A stretch of 59,198 bases of DNA, the filler included, from Nitrospinae bacterium RIFCSPLOWO2_12_FULL_45_22 (GTDB lineage: Bacteria > 2-12-FULL-45-22), in NCBI GenBank assembly GCA_001803565.1. It is 5 parts of 5 records of this genome, joined end to end, with 100 filler letters (N's around TTAATTAATTAA, not from the genome) between each part and the next. Parts side by side here need not be neighbours in the genome. Positions count along the whole stretch, not along the records: positions 1 to 12,429 come from MHDQ01000066.1; 4 more parts are not named here. One strand, 5' to 3'. The notes beneath the pieces are model-generated. The model saw only the letters and a list, made by a program, of their open reading frames with translations. It made no database searches and was not told the origin of the DNA. Both the position numbers and the translations under genes were made by a program. Below are positions 1 to 8,625 of the stretch, one piece after another (position 1 is the first letter of the stretch; each line of letters starts with the position of its first letter).

Positions 1-109
1 CTTTCAATATTCCCATTTCCTTCTCCCGACTTAATTCAAGCAGGAACGGTAGCGTATTATGTTGTTTGCTACCATATGAAAGGACTGCACCTTGGATTTT
101 CTGGTGTTA

Positions 110-1453
110 TTATTTTTGGGGGATAAAGCGGTCTAAAAAATCGGTATAGAATTGCCCCTGGACAAAATCTTTATCCCTTAATATCTTCAGGTGTAGAGGT
201 ATCGAGGTCTTAACCCCTTCTATAGTAAATTCTTCCAGGGCCCTTACCATCTTGGCAATAGCCTCTGCCCGCTCCTGGCCATGGGCAATGACTTTGGCTA
301 TCAATGGGTCATAATAGGAAGTTATAGCATAGTCAGCATGGGCAGCGCTATCTACCCTTACCCCATGACCACCAGGCAGATGTAGGACAGTGAGATTGCC
401 GGGTGATGGAGCGAAAGTATCCGGGTCCTCAGCATATATTCGGCATTCTATAGCATGGCCTAGTTGCTTAATCTCTTTCTGTTGCCTACTTAACGGTTCG
501 CCAGCCGCAATCCTTATCTGTTCTTTTATCAAATTCATATGGGTTACTACCTCAGTAATGGGGTGTTCTACCTGGATACGGGTATTCATCTCTATAAAAT
601 AGTAGTTACCTCCTTTATCGAGCAAAAATTCTATTGTCCCGGCATTCACATAATTGGTGGCCTTAGCGGCCTTTATAGCCATCCTGCCCATTTCTCGCCG
701 TAATTCCTTGTCTATAGCCGGGGATGGAGTTTCTTCCAATATCTTCTGATATCGGCGTTGGATGGTACATTCCCTTTCGCCTAGATGGAGCACATTTCCC
801 CACTGATCAGCAAATACCTGAAATTCAATATGCCTGGCTTGCTCGATATATTTTTCCAGATAGATTTCCGGGTTGTCAAAAGCTGCCTGGGCCTCTCTTT
901 GGGCCATAATAAAAGAAGTCTCCAGCCCTTCTTCTTTAGCTGCCAGCCGCATCCCCTTGCCCCCTCCACCAGCCACTGCCTTTATTAGAAGAGGATAGCC
1001 GATCTCGCGGGCAATCTTCAGGGCCTCTTCTAGCTTAGTTATCCTATGCTCATTGCTGGGCAAGATGGGCAGGCCCGCTTTCTTCATGACTTGTTTGGCT
1101 TCCCATTTGTTCGTCAACTGTCTCATGGTAACGGCGGGAGGGCCAATAAATTTTATCCCACATTCTTCGCACACCTCTACAAAATGTACATTTTCTGCCA
1201 GGAAACCATACCCGGGATGTATGGCCTCAGCACCCGTAATCTCGGCTGCGCTAATTATATGGGGTAGGTGTAAGTAGCTGTTGGAGCTATCAGCCGGCCC
1301 TATACAAACCGCCTCATCGGCGTACTTCACCGGCAATGAGTCCTTATCACTAAGCGAATAAACAGCTATGGTAGCAATACCCAACTCTTTGCAAGCCCTG
1401 ATTATCTGCAGGGCAATCTCTCCTCGATTTGCTACCAGTATCTTCTTAAACAA
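110..1453 (-). CDS. accC: Acetyl-CoA carboxylase biotin carboxylase subunit
   Basis: N-terminus FKKILVANRGEIA, motifs GGGGKGM and EMNTRIQVEH. TTG start at 1453 with GAGGAA RBS; the longer ORF start lies inside a repeat element. Confidence 0.97.
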   Translation of the reverse strand: MFKKILVANRGEIALQIIRACKELGIATIAVYSLSDKDSLPVKYADEAVCIGPADSSNSYLHLPHIISAAEITGAEAIHPGYGFLAENVHFVEVCEECGIKFIGPPAVTMRQLTNKWEAKQVMKKAGLPILPSNEHRITKLEEALKIAREIGYPLLIKAVAGGGGKGMRLAAKEEGLETSFIMAQREAQAAFDNPEIYLEKYIEQARHIEFQVFADQWGNVLHLGERECTIQRRYQKILEETPSPAIDKELRREMGRMAIKAAKATNYVNAGTIEFLLDKGGNYYFIEMNTRIQVEHPITEVVTHMNLIKEQIRIAAGEPLSRQQKEIKQLGHAIECRIYAEDPDTFAPSPGNLTVLHLPGGHGVRVDSAAHADYAITSYYDPLIAKVIAHGQERAEAIAKMVRALEEFTIEGVKTSIPLHLKILRDKDFVQGQFYTDFLDRFIPQK

Positions 1454-1454
1454 T

Positions 1455-1658
1455 GTAAATTCCTCTAAAAGATATAGCCACGGATACACACGGATAAACA
1501 CCGATTTTTGCCTTCATTGCAAAATTAGCACTAAAAAATTAACCATTAACAAGGGATGGAATTATTTTGAAATGTTAATTGCTAATTTTGCATTTTGCAT
1601 GGAAACGGGTTTTTAGCCCTCTGTGTCTATCTGTGTACATCTGTGGCTAAAAAGTTAC
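1455..1658. repeat. Nested hairpin cassette (empty): outer CACGGAT/CTGTG repeat arms plus inner 13-bp inverted repeat
   Basis: TAGCCACGGATACACACGGAT (1475) pairs with ATCTGTGTACATCTGTGGCTA (ends 1649). Inner TGCAAAATTAGCA (1518-1530) and TGCTAATTTTGCA (1580-1592). Degenerate right end GCTAAAAAGTTAC. Confidence 0.8.
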
Positions 1659-1703
1659 AAAATTTCATTGCTGAGCCCGTAAAGGGTTATGTAAGAGTGA
1701 TTT

Positions 1704-2132
1704 CTACATAGGTTCTATCAGGAAAAGAGGTTCGCCATACTCTACAGGCTGACTATTCTGGGGCAGGATAGCAACTACCCTGCCCCGTGCATCAGCTTCT
1801 ATCTCATTCATCACCTTCATAGCCTCTACAACGCATAATACCTGGCCCTTCTCTACAACATCATCCACTTCGACAAATGGCTCTGCCCCCGGGGATGGTG
1901 CCCGGTAAAAGGTCCCTACAATAGGCGATGTTATTTGAAGAAAATTGTTCTCCTTAGAGGGTTCTCCTGGGATATTATTCTGTTCCCCGGAAGGCTCATG
2001 AGAGGTTATAGGGCCGGGCTCTGGCACCTTTTTTTTCAATTTTATTCTGAATCCATCATGCTCTAACTCAAGCTCAGAGATATTTCTGGACTCGAAGAGA
2101 TCCAGGAGCTCTTTTAGTTCTTGTAAGTTCAT
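1704..2132 (-). CDS. accB: Biotin carboxyl carrier protein
   Basis: ITSPIVGTFYRAPSP and biotinylation motif EAMKVMN; adjacent to accC. Confidence 0.97.
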   Translation of the reverse strand: MNLQELKELLDLFESRNISELELEHDGFRIKLKKKVPEPGPITSHEPSGEQNNIPGEPSKENNFLQITSPIVGTFYRAPSPGAEPFVEVDDVVEKGQVLCVVEAMKVMNEIEADARGRVVAILPQNSQPVEYGEPLFLIEPM

Positions 2133-2150
2133 TACCCTTCTCCTTAAAAA

Positions 2151-3245
2151 CTATCCCCGGACCTGCCAGGAACTATTAATAGCCTGAGTCAATATATGGC
2201 ATCTGCCACCCTTCACCAAGACCATATCTTCTATCCTAACACCACCCCACGAAGGGATATAGATCCCTGGTTCAAGGGTAAAAACCATACCTTCTTTGAT
2301 AACAGAGCCATTATACCATGTTATTACCGGATCTTCATGCACGGCCATGCCTACTCCATGACCAGTACCATGACTGAAATAGTCCCCATAGCCCGCTTCT
2401 TCGATGACTTTGCGGCAACAACCATCTAAATCAACACTATTTATCCCCGGCTCAACCCCTTCTATGGCAGCCTGCTGGGCTTGCAAGACAATCTGGTATA
2501 TCTTTCTCTGTTCAGCCTCTTGCTCAGCAGTAGCCCCAGCCAGGGCAAAAGTACGCGTAATATCAGCATGGTAACCGTTTAAAGTGCATCCCCAGTCAAT
2601 AGTAACTAATTCTCCCGGCCTTAATCCTTTCTCAGACAGTTTCCCATGTGGCATAGCTGAGCGCTCTCCGGAGACCACTATAGTCTCAAAAGGGATCCTT
2701 TCTGCCCCTAATTTCTTCATTTGATATTCCAGTTCTATAGCCAAATCCACTTCTCTGGCCCCGGGCCGGATAAAGTCTTTAATAGTCTCTAATGCCTTAG
2801 CAGCTAATTGGATGGCCTTATCAATAAGCCTTATCTCCCCCTCCTCTTTTACTACCCGAAACTCTTCTATCGCCTTATTAATCGGGATAAGCTCCACGCC
2901 ATTTATCGCCAGGGTCTCCTTTAGCCTATTAAAACTGGAATAGACTAACGCTTCGGGTTCAAATCCTAGCTTCCTAATTTTTACTTCCTTAATTGTCTCT
3001 ATAATAAATTCCAGTTGTTTACCCCGGTATCCCCTCAACTCAAACCCCTTAACCTCTTCCTGGGTTTGAGTGGTGTAACGTCCATCAGCCAGAAATAAGG
3101 CCCGCTGAGCCGTAATTATGATAACCGCTGTAGAACCAGTAAATCCACTCAGATAGTGGATATTATCTATATTAGTGACCAGAAGGCCCTCTACCTCCCA
3201 TTCACTCAGTCTGTCTCTCACCCTATCTAAACGCTGCTTTACCAC
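2151..3245 (-). CDS. Xaa-Pro aminopeptidase (M24 family)
   Basis: Creatinase-type N-domain; metal-binding motifs HGTGHGVG, TLEPGIY and GGVRIED. Confidence 0.93.
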   Translation of the reverse strand: MVKQRLDRVRDRLSEWEVEGLLVTNIDNIHYLSGFTGSTAVIIITAQRALFLADGRYTTQTQEEVKGFELRGYRGKQLEFIIETIKEVKIRKLGFEPEALVYSSFNRLKETLAINGVELIPINKAIEEFRVVKEEGEIRLIDKAIQLAAKALETIKDFIRPGAREVDLAIELEYQMKKLGAERIPFETIVVSGERSAMPHGKLSEKGLRPGELVTIDWGCTLNGYHADITRTFALAGATAEQEAEQRKIYQIVLQAQQAAIEGVEPGINSVDLDGCCRKVIEEAGYGDYFSHGTGHGVGMAVHEDPVITWYNGSVIKEGMVFTLEPGIYIPSWGGVRIEDMVLVKGGRCHILTQAINSSWQVRG

Positions 3246-3293
3246 AAAAATCTTTGTCCTTAGGCCAGTTTTATCATTTGGGGCAAAAATATC

Positions 3294-3544
3294 GTAAGTA
3301 TTCAGTAAACCACGAGATTAACACAAGATTATCACAAGATTTTCTTCCTAATCTCTAAACTCTCCTCGCCAACATTTAGTAGCAAACCAACCCTCTTCCT
3401 GGTAGCCTTCAAATAATTTAAAAGTTGTGCCTCAGCATTAGCTGCACCAATAATCTTTTCAGTTATATCTTTATAGAGCCATTTCTCTTCATTATCTTGG
3501 GTAAATCTTGTGGTTTCATTAAACGGGGTTCAGTGAGTATTTAC
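3294..3544 (-). mobile_element. MITE-like cassette carrying an internally deleted GxxExxY (PD-(D/E)XK-like) gene
   Basis: Ends GTAAGTATTCA...TGAGTATTTAC with CACAAGAT-type repeat arms. Minus strand reads LYKDITEKIIGAA joined to EAQLLNYLKATRKRVGLLLNVGEESLEIRKKIL*. A related inverted copy lies at 17824-18051. Confidence 0.82.
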
Positions 3545-3584
3545 ATCAAATCTTACCATAGTCCAAGCAAAAACAGTGAAGTTT

Positions 3585-3612
3585 ATTATCATATTTTCCT
3601 ATAAAACGTCAA
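3585..3612 (-). promoter_or_regulatory. Possible sigma-70 promoter for the peptidase-accBC operon
   Basis: Minus strand TTGACG-16 nt-GATAAT. Confidence 0.4.
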
Positions 3613-3694
3613 GGTTATACAGCTTCAGCTTATCCTCCCTAACCAAATAATCTTTGCGGGTATTGGTAAGCGGTTCAAGCGTGAACTTCCTTAC

Positions 3695-4441
3695 CTATGC
3701 CTCCTCTTCCTCTTCTTTCTTCTTAGGGCGGAGAGAGAGGGTATCCCAAAGGGCTATGCTCAGGGCTATTATTGCTAGAAGTATAATAGTAGCATAGCCA
3801 TAACTCCTGGAAGAATAGAGGAGTAAATCATCGAAGCGGCCGATTAAGAGAGACATCCGGGCCATTACGGTATAGCCAAAAGCCGCCCCAAAAGATACCA
3901 TCAAGAAGTATATCCCGACCCGTGATACTCCCCTACCTATACCCCTATGTTGTACAGAAAAGAAAAAGTAAAATAGTACTGTGACTACCCCAACCAGGAT
4001 CAAGAAGGCATTAAAATTACTCCAGGTAAATATATGCAACCCTGAGCTACTGGCCTGTACCAGCGGCTTTAAGGTGCCTTGAATCTGCTGCAGTATATAA
4101 GAGGAGATAATCCGTGGGATAGCCACCCCAGAGCCAAACCCTACAATAAAAGCAAATGATATCCGGCTGAGCCAGGATATTCGGGGGATAAATCTGGCCA
4201 GGATCAAGATACCCAGGGTAGCTGGTAAGATAAGCCACCAACGCCCTTCCTGTACCATGGGACTATAAAGGGATTTAACCATTGTATCATAATATATCCT
4301 TACCAGGGTATAACCCATAGAGACCCCTATGTAGAGGTGTTCGCCTAGCTTGAAGAACGGGTTATCTTTATAGAGAAAGCTATACATGAATAGGGTCAGG
4401 CCGACTGCTACCCAACCCCCTAATAAAATATCACCCGGCAT
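3695..4441 (-). CDS. Conserved multi-pass membrane protein of unknown function
   Basis: About 7 hydrophobic segments; motifs YSFLYKDNPFFKLGEHLYIG and FGAAFGYTVMARMSLLIGR. Confidence 0.85.
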   Translation of the reverse strand: MPGDILLGGWVAVGLTLFMYSFLYKDNPFFKLGEHLYIGVSMGYTLVRIYYDTMVKSLYSPMVQEGRWWLILPATLGILILARFIPRISWLSRISFAFIVGFGSGVAIPRIISSYILQQIQGTLKPLVQASSSGLHIFTWSNFNAFLILVGVVTVLFYFFFSVQHRGIGRGVSRVGIYFLMVSFGAAFGYTVMARMSLLIGRFDDLLLYSSRSYGYATIILLAIIALSIALWDTLSLRPKKKEEEEEA

Positions 4442-4660
4442 CTTTACTCCTACAATTCAATTTAGCATTACCAAATCAAATAAACAGAAATTCCACCCAT
4501 TTAATTTATAAATATCCATTCAATATGTTTAGAAGTTGGCCACTTGAATTATCAGGCGTTTCCCATTGTTAATGGTAATCTGGGCATCAGTGATTTTCTT
4601 AGCGGCAAATTCCGCTAGCATCTGATGCTCAGGTTCCTGATCCTAATGATTCAATGATTT

Positions 4661-4771
4661 GGGTGTGGCTATTTTCTGTCAGAGAGACCCGTAACTCAAC
4701 CCTTCAGGGTTGACCAATCAGGGCTAAAGCCCCGAGTTACACCAACTTTATGACAAAGAATAGCCATACCC
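4661..4771. mobile_element. MITE-like element containing a REP-like doublet
   Basis: 21-bp imperfect TIRs GGGTGTGGCTATTTTCTGTCA / TGACAAAGAATAGCCATACCC, flanked by CAATGATTT / TAATGATTT. Inner inverted palindrome pair at 4691-4740. Confidence 0.7.
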
Positions 4772-4901
4772 TAATGATTTAATGTAATTGTCGAACTGGA
4801 AATAGCATGAAAAGAAAAGATGAGGTGGTGCACGATTCGTCTGCTGTTCATCCTTTTAATCCTCCTCTTAATCCTCCTCATGACTATGCTTTAATGAGAT
4901 T

Positions 4902-6182
4902 TTAGGGGTTCTTAGGTTTTATCTGGAGTTCTAGATCAAGTTTTTCTTTCCGATATTGCATTAACCTATCTCTTTCTTTAGCTAAAGTCAATTTTAGCCC
5001 CCTTAACTGATCTCTAGCTAGGTCTAGTTGGAAGGCGATATTGTCATGCGTTTCTGGTTTGAGCCAGTATAAAGAGAGGAGCTTCTCTGCCGCAGTCCCA
5101 TCAGTAGCCGTAACTGATACCCTCACCTTATTTAAACCCTCGGTTAAGGGTACCAGGGCCAAAAAGAAGCCCTCCGGACTCACCAGCATCTCTGAGGCCG
5201 GTTTGGTCAAGGTAGTGTTCTCTACTAGTATGTTTCGTAGCTTGATAAACCTTGCTTCCTCTAAACGGGTAATGATCTCCCCCAGGTTAGAAAGTCCGGT
5301 AAACTGGCCACCAGTAACCCGGGCTATCTCCTGGAGAGTAAAAGGAGAAGAAAGGGCATCTGGACCCAGGGCATAAGTATTGATTTGTATCCCAGCCATA
5401 TAGGCCAGATGGGCTGCACTGATGGTGAGGATTTTGTCCTCAGGATCGGCTGCATTGGCACTACCTACCGGAAAACTGGGGAAGCCGTCACTAAGGAGTA
5501 GGATGATTTTCTTTGTGCGATCATTGGTATGATAACCTGGCGGTTGAGTATCGCTCATCAGACCCATTAATGCCTCGATTCCTAACCGGATACCCGCTGC
5601 TATGTTGGTTCCTCCACGCGCTCCGTTGGTCTTCATCCTATTCAAGGCTTCAGTTATACGGGCATATTCTTTGGTCAGGGGTTGTTCACAATAAGCATCA
5701 GGCGTGGCAATATTGCTACGGCCACTACCGCCCTTAAAATCACCACTGAAACTGATTAAACCCACCTCAGTAGTATCGGGGTCTAATAGCCGCAGCAATC
5801 TCCGGGCTGCTAAAATCTCTGCCGCAAAAATAGAATCGTCCGGGTCAGTATTACCCTCTCCTATCAGACCTTCTAACTCCCGGTAAAGAGTAGGTGCCCG
5901 GCCAATTACTCCATCGTTATCGAGATCCATCCCACAAGGGGCGGCGGCGCTGCCAGAAGTATCCAGGGCAATGATTACTTCATATTTAATATCCTGGCTG
6001 TCAGTGGTATAGATATAGCCAGAGATCGGGGCAATAGGAGAAGTATAATCTAACTTCATACCCGGTAGAGGAAAGTCAATAACCAGCTCTATCTCAGCTA
6101 AAGAGCTTTTGGGTAAAAGCAAAGTAAGGAAGGTCAATATTAAGGCACAAGAGAACTTTTTTTTTAAAGGGACCTCATTCAT
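4902..6182 (-). CDS. Secreted von Willebrand factor A (vWA) domain protein
   Basis: Signal-peptide-like N-terminus; MIDAS DTSGS, GGTN and LLSDG; Ig-like C-terminal stretch. Confidence 0.88.
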   Translation of the reverse strand: MNEVPLKKKFSCALILTFLTLLLPKSSLAEIELVIDFPLPGMKLDYTSPIAPISGYIYTTDSQDIKYEVIIALDTSGSAAAPCGMDLDNDGVIGRAPTLYRELEGLIGEGNTDPDDSIFAAEILAARRLLRLLDPDTTEVGLISFSGDFKGGSGRSNIATPDAYCEQPLTKEYARITEALNRMKTNGARGGTNIAAGIRLGIEALMGLMSDTQPPGYHTNDRTKKIILLLSDGFPSFPVGSANAADPEDKILTISAAHLAYMAGIQINTYALGPDALSSPFTLQEIARVTGGQFTGLSNLGEIITRLEEARFIKLRNILVENTTLTKPASEMLVSPEGFFLALVPLTEGLNKVRVSVTATDGTAAEKLLSLYWLKPETHDNIAFQLDLARDQLRGLKLTLAKERDRLMQYRKEKLDLELQIKPKNP

Positions 6183-6216
6183 CTTCCCGTTAACCCTTTT
6201 AAACCATAAAAATATA

Positions 6217-6365
6217 GTAAGCGTTCAGTTGTCAGCAGTCAGTCTTCAGCTAAATTAATCGTGAGGCGTAAGGAGTAAGAAAAATTTCTACTCATGCCTT
6301 ACGATAAGTTTTGCTGACCGCTGACAACTGACGGCTCAGCGGTAAATACTACCCTAAACGCTTAT
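6217..6365. repeat. Nested hairpin cassette with IS66-like ends (empty)
   Basis: Starts GTAAGCGTTCAG and ends with degenerate CTAAACGCTTAT. GTCAGCA-type arms pair with CTGAC-type arms; inner GTGAGGCGTAAGGAGT / ACTCATGCCTTACG pair. Confidence 0.7.
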
Positions 6366-6369
6366 TTTG

Positions 6370-7113
6370 TTATTTCAGGAGGTATTTTATGGGGATAGTA
6401 CCCCATTGCTCTTCTTGTGGGGCATCGGGGGGTAAAGGATTAAAACGCCATTTCTTGAGATAGGCCATCATCTCTCCTTCCAAAGTAGGATCACCCCGCC
6501 GGATGGGGATAACCCTACCTATAGCGCCATCAGGCAGGACCCAAAACTTTAGCTCAATCTCTACTATGGCTCTAAGCTGCAGAGAAGGTGGTGGCGGTCT
6601 AAATATTACCTGTCTTTTACCAGCCGGTCCCTTAATCTGCCACGGCTCTTCTACAAGCAACTCTTTTTCTTTCTCAACAGGTATTTCTATCTTCTCAAGA
6701 AGCCGGGCCTCTTCGGCTCCGATAAGTTCTTGAGAGACTTCCGGACTGAGAAAAATCTCTCCCTTTTCGGTAAACATACCAGGGTCTAGGGGTATTTCTG
6801 TGGGTGGTAGAGAAAAAGTTTCTGGTAAATGTATAGTCGGTCTCCGGGTACGTTCCAGCGCTCCTTGCACATCCAGCTCCATACCTTTAGCCCATAGGGT
6901 TTCTGGTTTTATGGGTGGTTCTTGTAGCTTAGCCGCGGGGCTTTGCAGCGCAGATTCGGCTGGTATAAGGATAACTTCCGTGTATCTTGGCTCTGGCAAA
7001 GCATGGAGAGAAAAGCCCGGTACAAACATTAATATATATACATGCAAAAGAGCAGATAGGACAAGAGAGAGCCCCAGAAAGGAATTTTTATTTCTCATCT
7101 CACTGAGCGCCAT
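6370..7113 (-). CDS. tonB: TonB family energy transducer
   Basis: N-terminal TM with SxxLH motif, Pro-rich linker, TonB_C-like end (FWVLPDG...WRFNP); follows exbD. Confidence 0.8.
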   Translation of the reverse strand: MALSEMRNKNSFLGLSLVLSALLHVYILMFVPGFSLHALPEPRYTEVILIPAESALQSPAAKLQEPPIKPETLWAKGMELDVQGALERTRRPTIHLPETFSLPPTEIPLDPGMFTEKGEIFLSPEVSQELIGAEEARLLEKIEIPVEKEKELLVEEPWQIKGPAGKRQVIFRPPPPSLQLRAIVEIELKFWVLPDGAIGRVIPIRRGDPTLEGEMMAYLKKWRFNPLPPDAPQEEQWGTIPIKYLLK

Positions 7114-7519
7114 TCACTGATTTCTTTGGTAAGGCAGCAATGGCTATCCTCTCTATCCCGGCTACCTTTGCTGCATCCATAACCTCTACTACCCGGCCAT
7201 GCAATACTTCTTTATCGGCGCTGATAATCAAAAATGCCTCTTTATTGGCCGTCACTTCTTTCTTCAACTGGGTCTCAAATGCCTTCAGCGGAACCTTTTT
7301 GTCCCGGAAGAATAGGCTACCATCCCTGGTAATAAGGATTACCAGCTCTTTTCTTATGCTAGACTCAATAGTAGTGGCCTTGGGCAGGTCCACTTTTATG
7401 CCGGGCTGGAAGACAAAAGATGAGGTCAGCATAAAAAAGATCAGCAGGAGCAAGACACAATCTACCAGCGGAGTAATATCAAAAGTCGCCCTAACTCTTT
7501 TTCTGCGAGAGAACCACAT
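7100..7519 (-). CDS. exbD: ExbD/TolR biopolymer transport protein
   Basis: DITPLVDCVLLLLIFFM and ADKEV..G.VVEVMD motifs. Confidence 0.92.
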   Translation of the reverse strand: MWFSRRKRVRATFDITPLVDCVLLLLIFFMLTSSFVFQPGIKVDLPKATTIESSIRKELVILITRDGSLFFRDKKVPLKAFETQLKKEVTANKEAFLIISADKEVLHGRVVEVMDAAKVAGIERIAIAALPKKSVNGAQ

Positions 7520-8165
7520 CTTCTCTATCCTTTTCCCAGAATACTTCTAGAATATCCAGCGAGTTTTGTTCCATATCTAAAGTCAAAGAGTCTACCTTAT
7601 TTATAAAATAATTATAAAATAGCTGACTGGGGATGGCTACGGTCAAACCTGCCGCGGTAGTGAGTAATGCCTCCGAGATACCGCTGGCTAAGGCCGTAGG
7701 TTCTCCTACACCCCGTAAGGCAATGGTATAAAAGGCCCGGATCATACCTGTGACAGTCCCTAGCAACCCTAACAGGGGGGCAATGCTAACAATAGTCCCC
7801 AGGGTAGCCAAATGCCTCTCTAATACTCTTACCTCTTGCCGACCTGCTTCACTAACAGCTTCCTTGATTTCAGCTTTAGGCTGGTTAATATTTTTGATGG
7901 CAGCCAGGACAATGCGACTCATAGGAGAAGAGTTTTTTTGGCAAAGCTCTATAATATCTGCGATCCTTTCTATCCGGATTAGATCCTGGACCCTGAACAG
8001 GGTCTCAGGTCTTATTATTCGCCCTCGACGTAAACTGATGAGCCGCTCGATGATTATAGCCAGGGACAATATAGAACAAAAAAGGATGGGATACATTACT
8101 GGCCCACCTTTAATAAATAAGTCTATCAATCTCTCCCCACCAAATATGCCCTCTATCCCTTCCAT
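7491..8165 (-). CDS. exbB: MotA/TolQ/ExbB proton channel protein
   Basis: APLLGLLGTVTGMI and GISEALLTTAAGL motifs. Confidence 0.92.
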   Translation of the reverse strand: MEGIEGIFGGERLIDLFIKGGPVMYPILFCSILSLAIIIERLISLRRGRIIRPETLFRVQDLIRIERIADIIELCQKNSSPMSRIVLAAIKNINQPKAEIKEAVSEAGRQEVRVLERHLATLGTIVSIAPLLGLLGTVTGMIRAFYTIALRGVGEPTALASGISEALLTTAAGLTVAIPSQLFYNYFINKVDSLTLDMEQNSLDILEVFWEKDREDVVLSQKKS

Positions 8166-8183
8166 CTCTTCCTCCTTAAGTAA

Positions 8184-8625
8184 GTTCTAGGTTCTAGGTT
8201 CTAAGTTCTAGGTTCTAGGTTTTCGCAGGTATCTGATAAAACCATTGATAAGATTAATTACAGTATTTGCTTGGTTATAAATACTATCGAACTCTTCTAT
8301 AGAGAGATATTTTCTATCAAGAGCCACGTACATATGACTTTTAACCTCAGATACAGAAGCCCTTGCTATTATCAAGAATTGGATAAATTCCTTATTTGTC
8401 TCTCGATCAAAACCCTCGCTGATATTGGACATCGCCGAGATAGAGGCCCGTCGTATCTGATCCCTTAACCCATAATCGTTAGAAAAGTTACCATTATTAG
8501 AGACATCATAGATCATATTTACCAATTTCCTGGCCTCTCTCCATGCATCTATATCCTCAAACTTCTCTATCTTCATAACCTTACTCCCCTAACTTAGCAC
8601 TTAGCACCTAGAACTTAGAACCTAG
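8184..8625. repeat. Inverted heptamer arrays flanking a four-helix-bundle gene
   Basis: (GTTCTAR)x5 at 8184-8218 and (MACYTAG)x5 at 8591-8625 are mutually complementary. Confidence 0.9.
8208..8576 (-). CDS. Four helix bundle protein (23S rRNA IVP / Avd-like family)
   Basis: FEDIDAW...LRDQIRRASISAMSNISEGF...ARASVSEV signature. Confidence 0.93.
   Translation of the reverse strand: MKIEKFEDIDAWREARKLVNMIYDVSNNGNFSNDYGLRDQIRRASISAMSNISEGFDRETNKEFIQFLIIARASVSEVKSHMYVALDRKYLSIEEFDSIYNQANTVINLINGFIRYLRKPRT

Noticed and set aside
1454-1501. N-terminal extension of AccC (MFIRVYPW...) and the similar extensions of QueA and the AAA ATPase
   Set aside because: These are translations of adjacent repeat elements; better starts exist at 1453, 18181 and 13215.
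3666-3694. Minimal GTAAG...CTTAC element
   Set aside because: Too short, with no target duplication; indistinguishable from an ordinary 3' hairpin.
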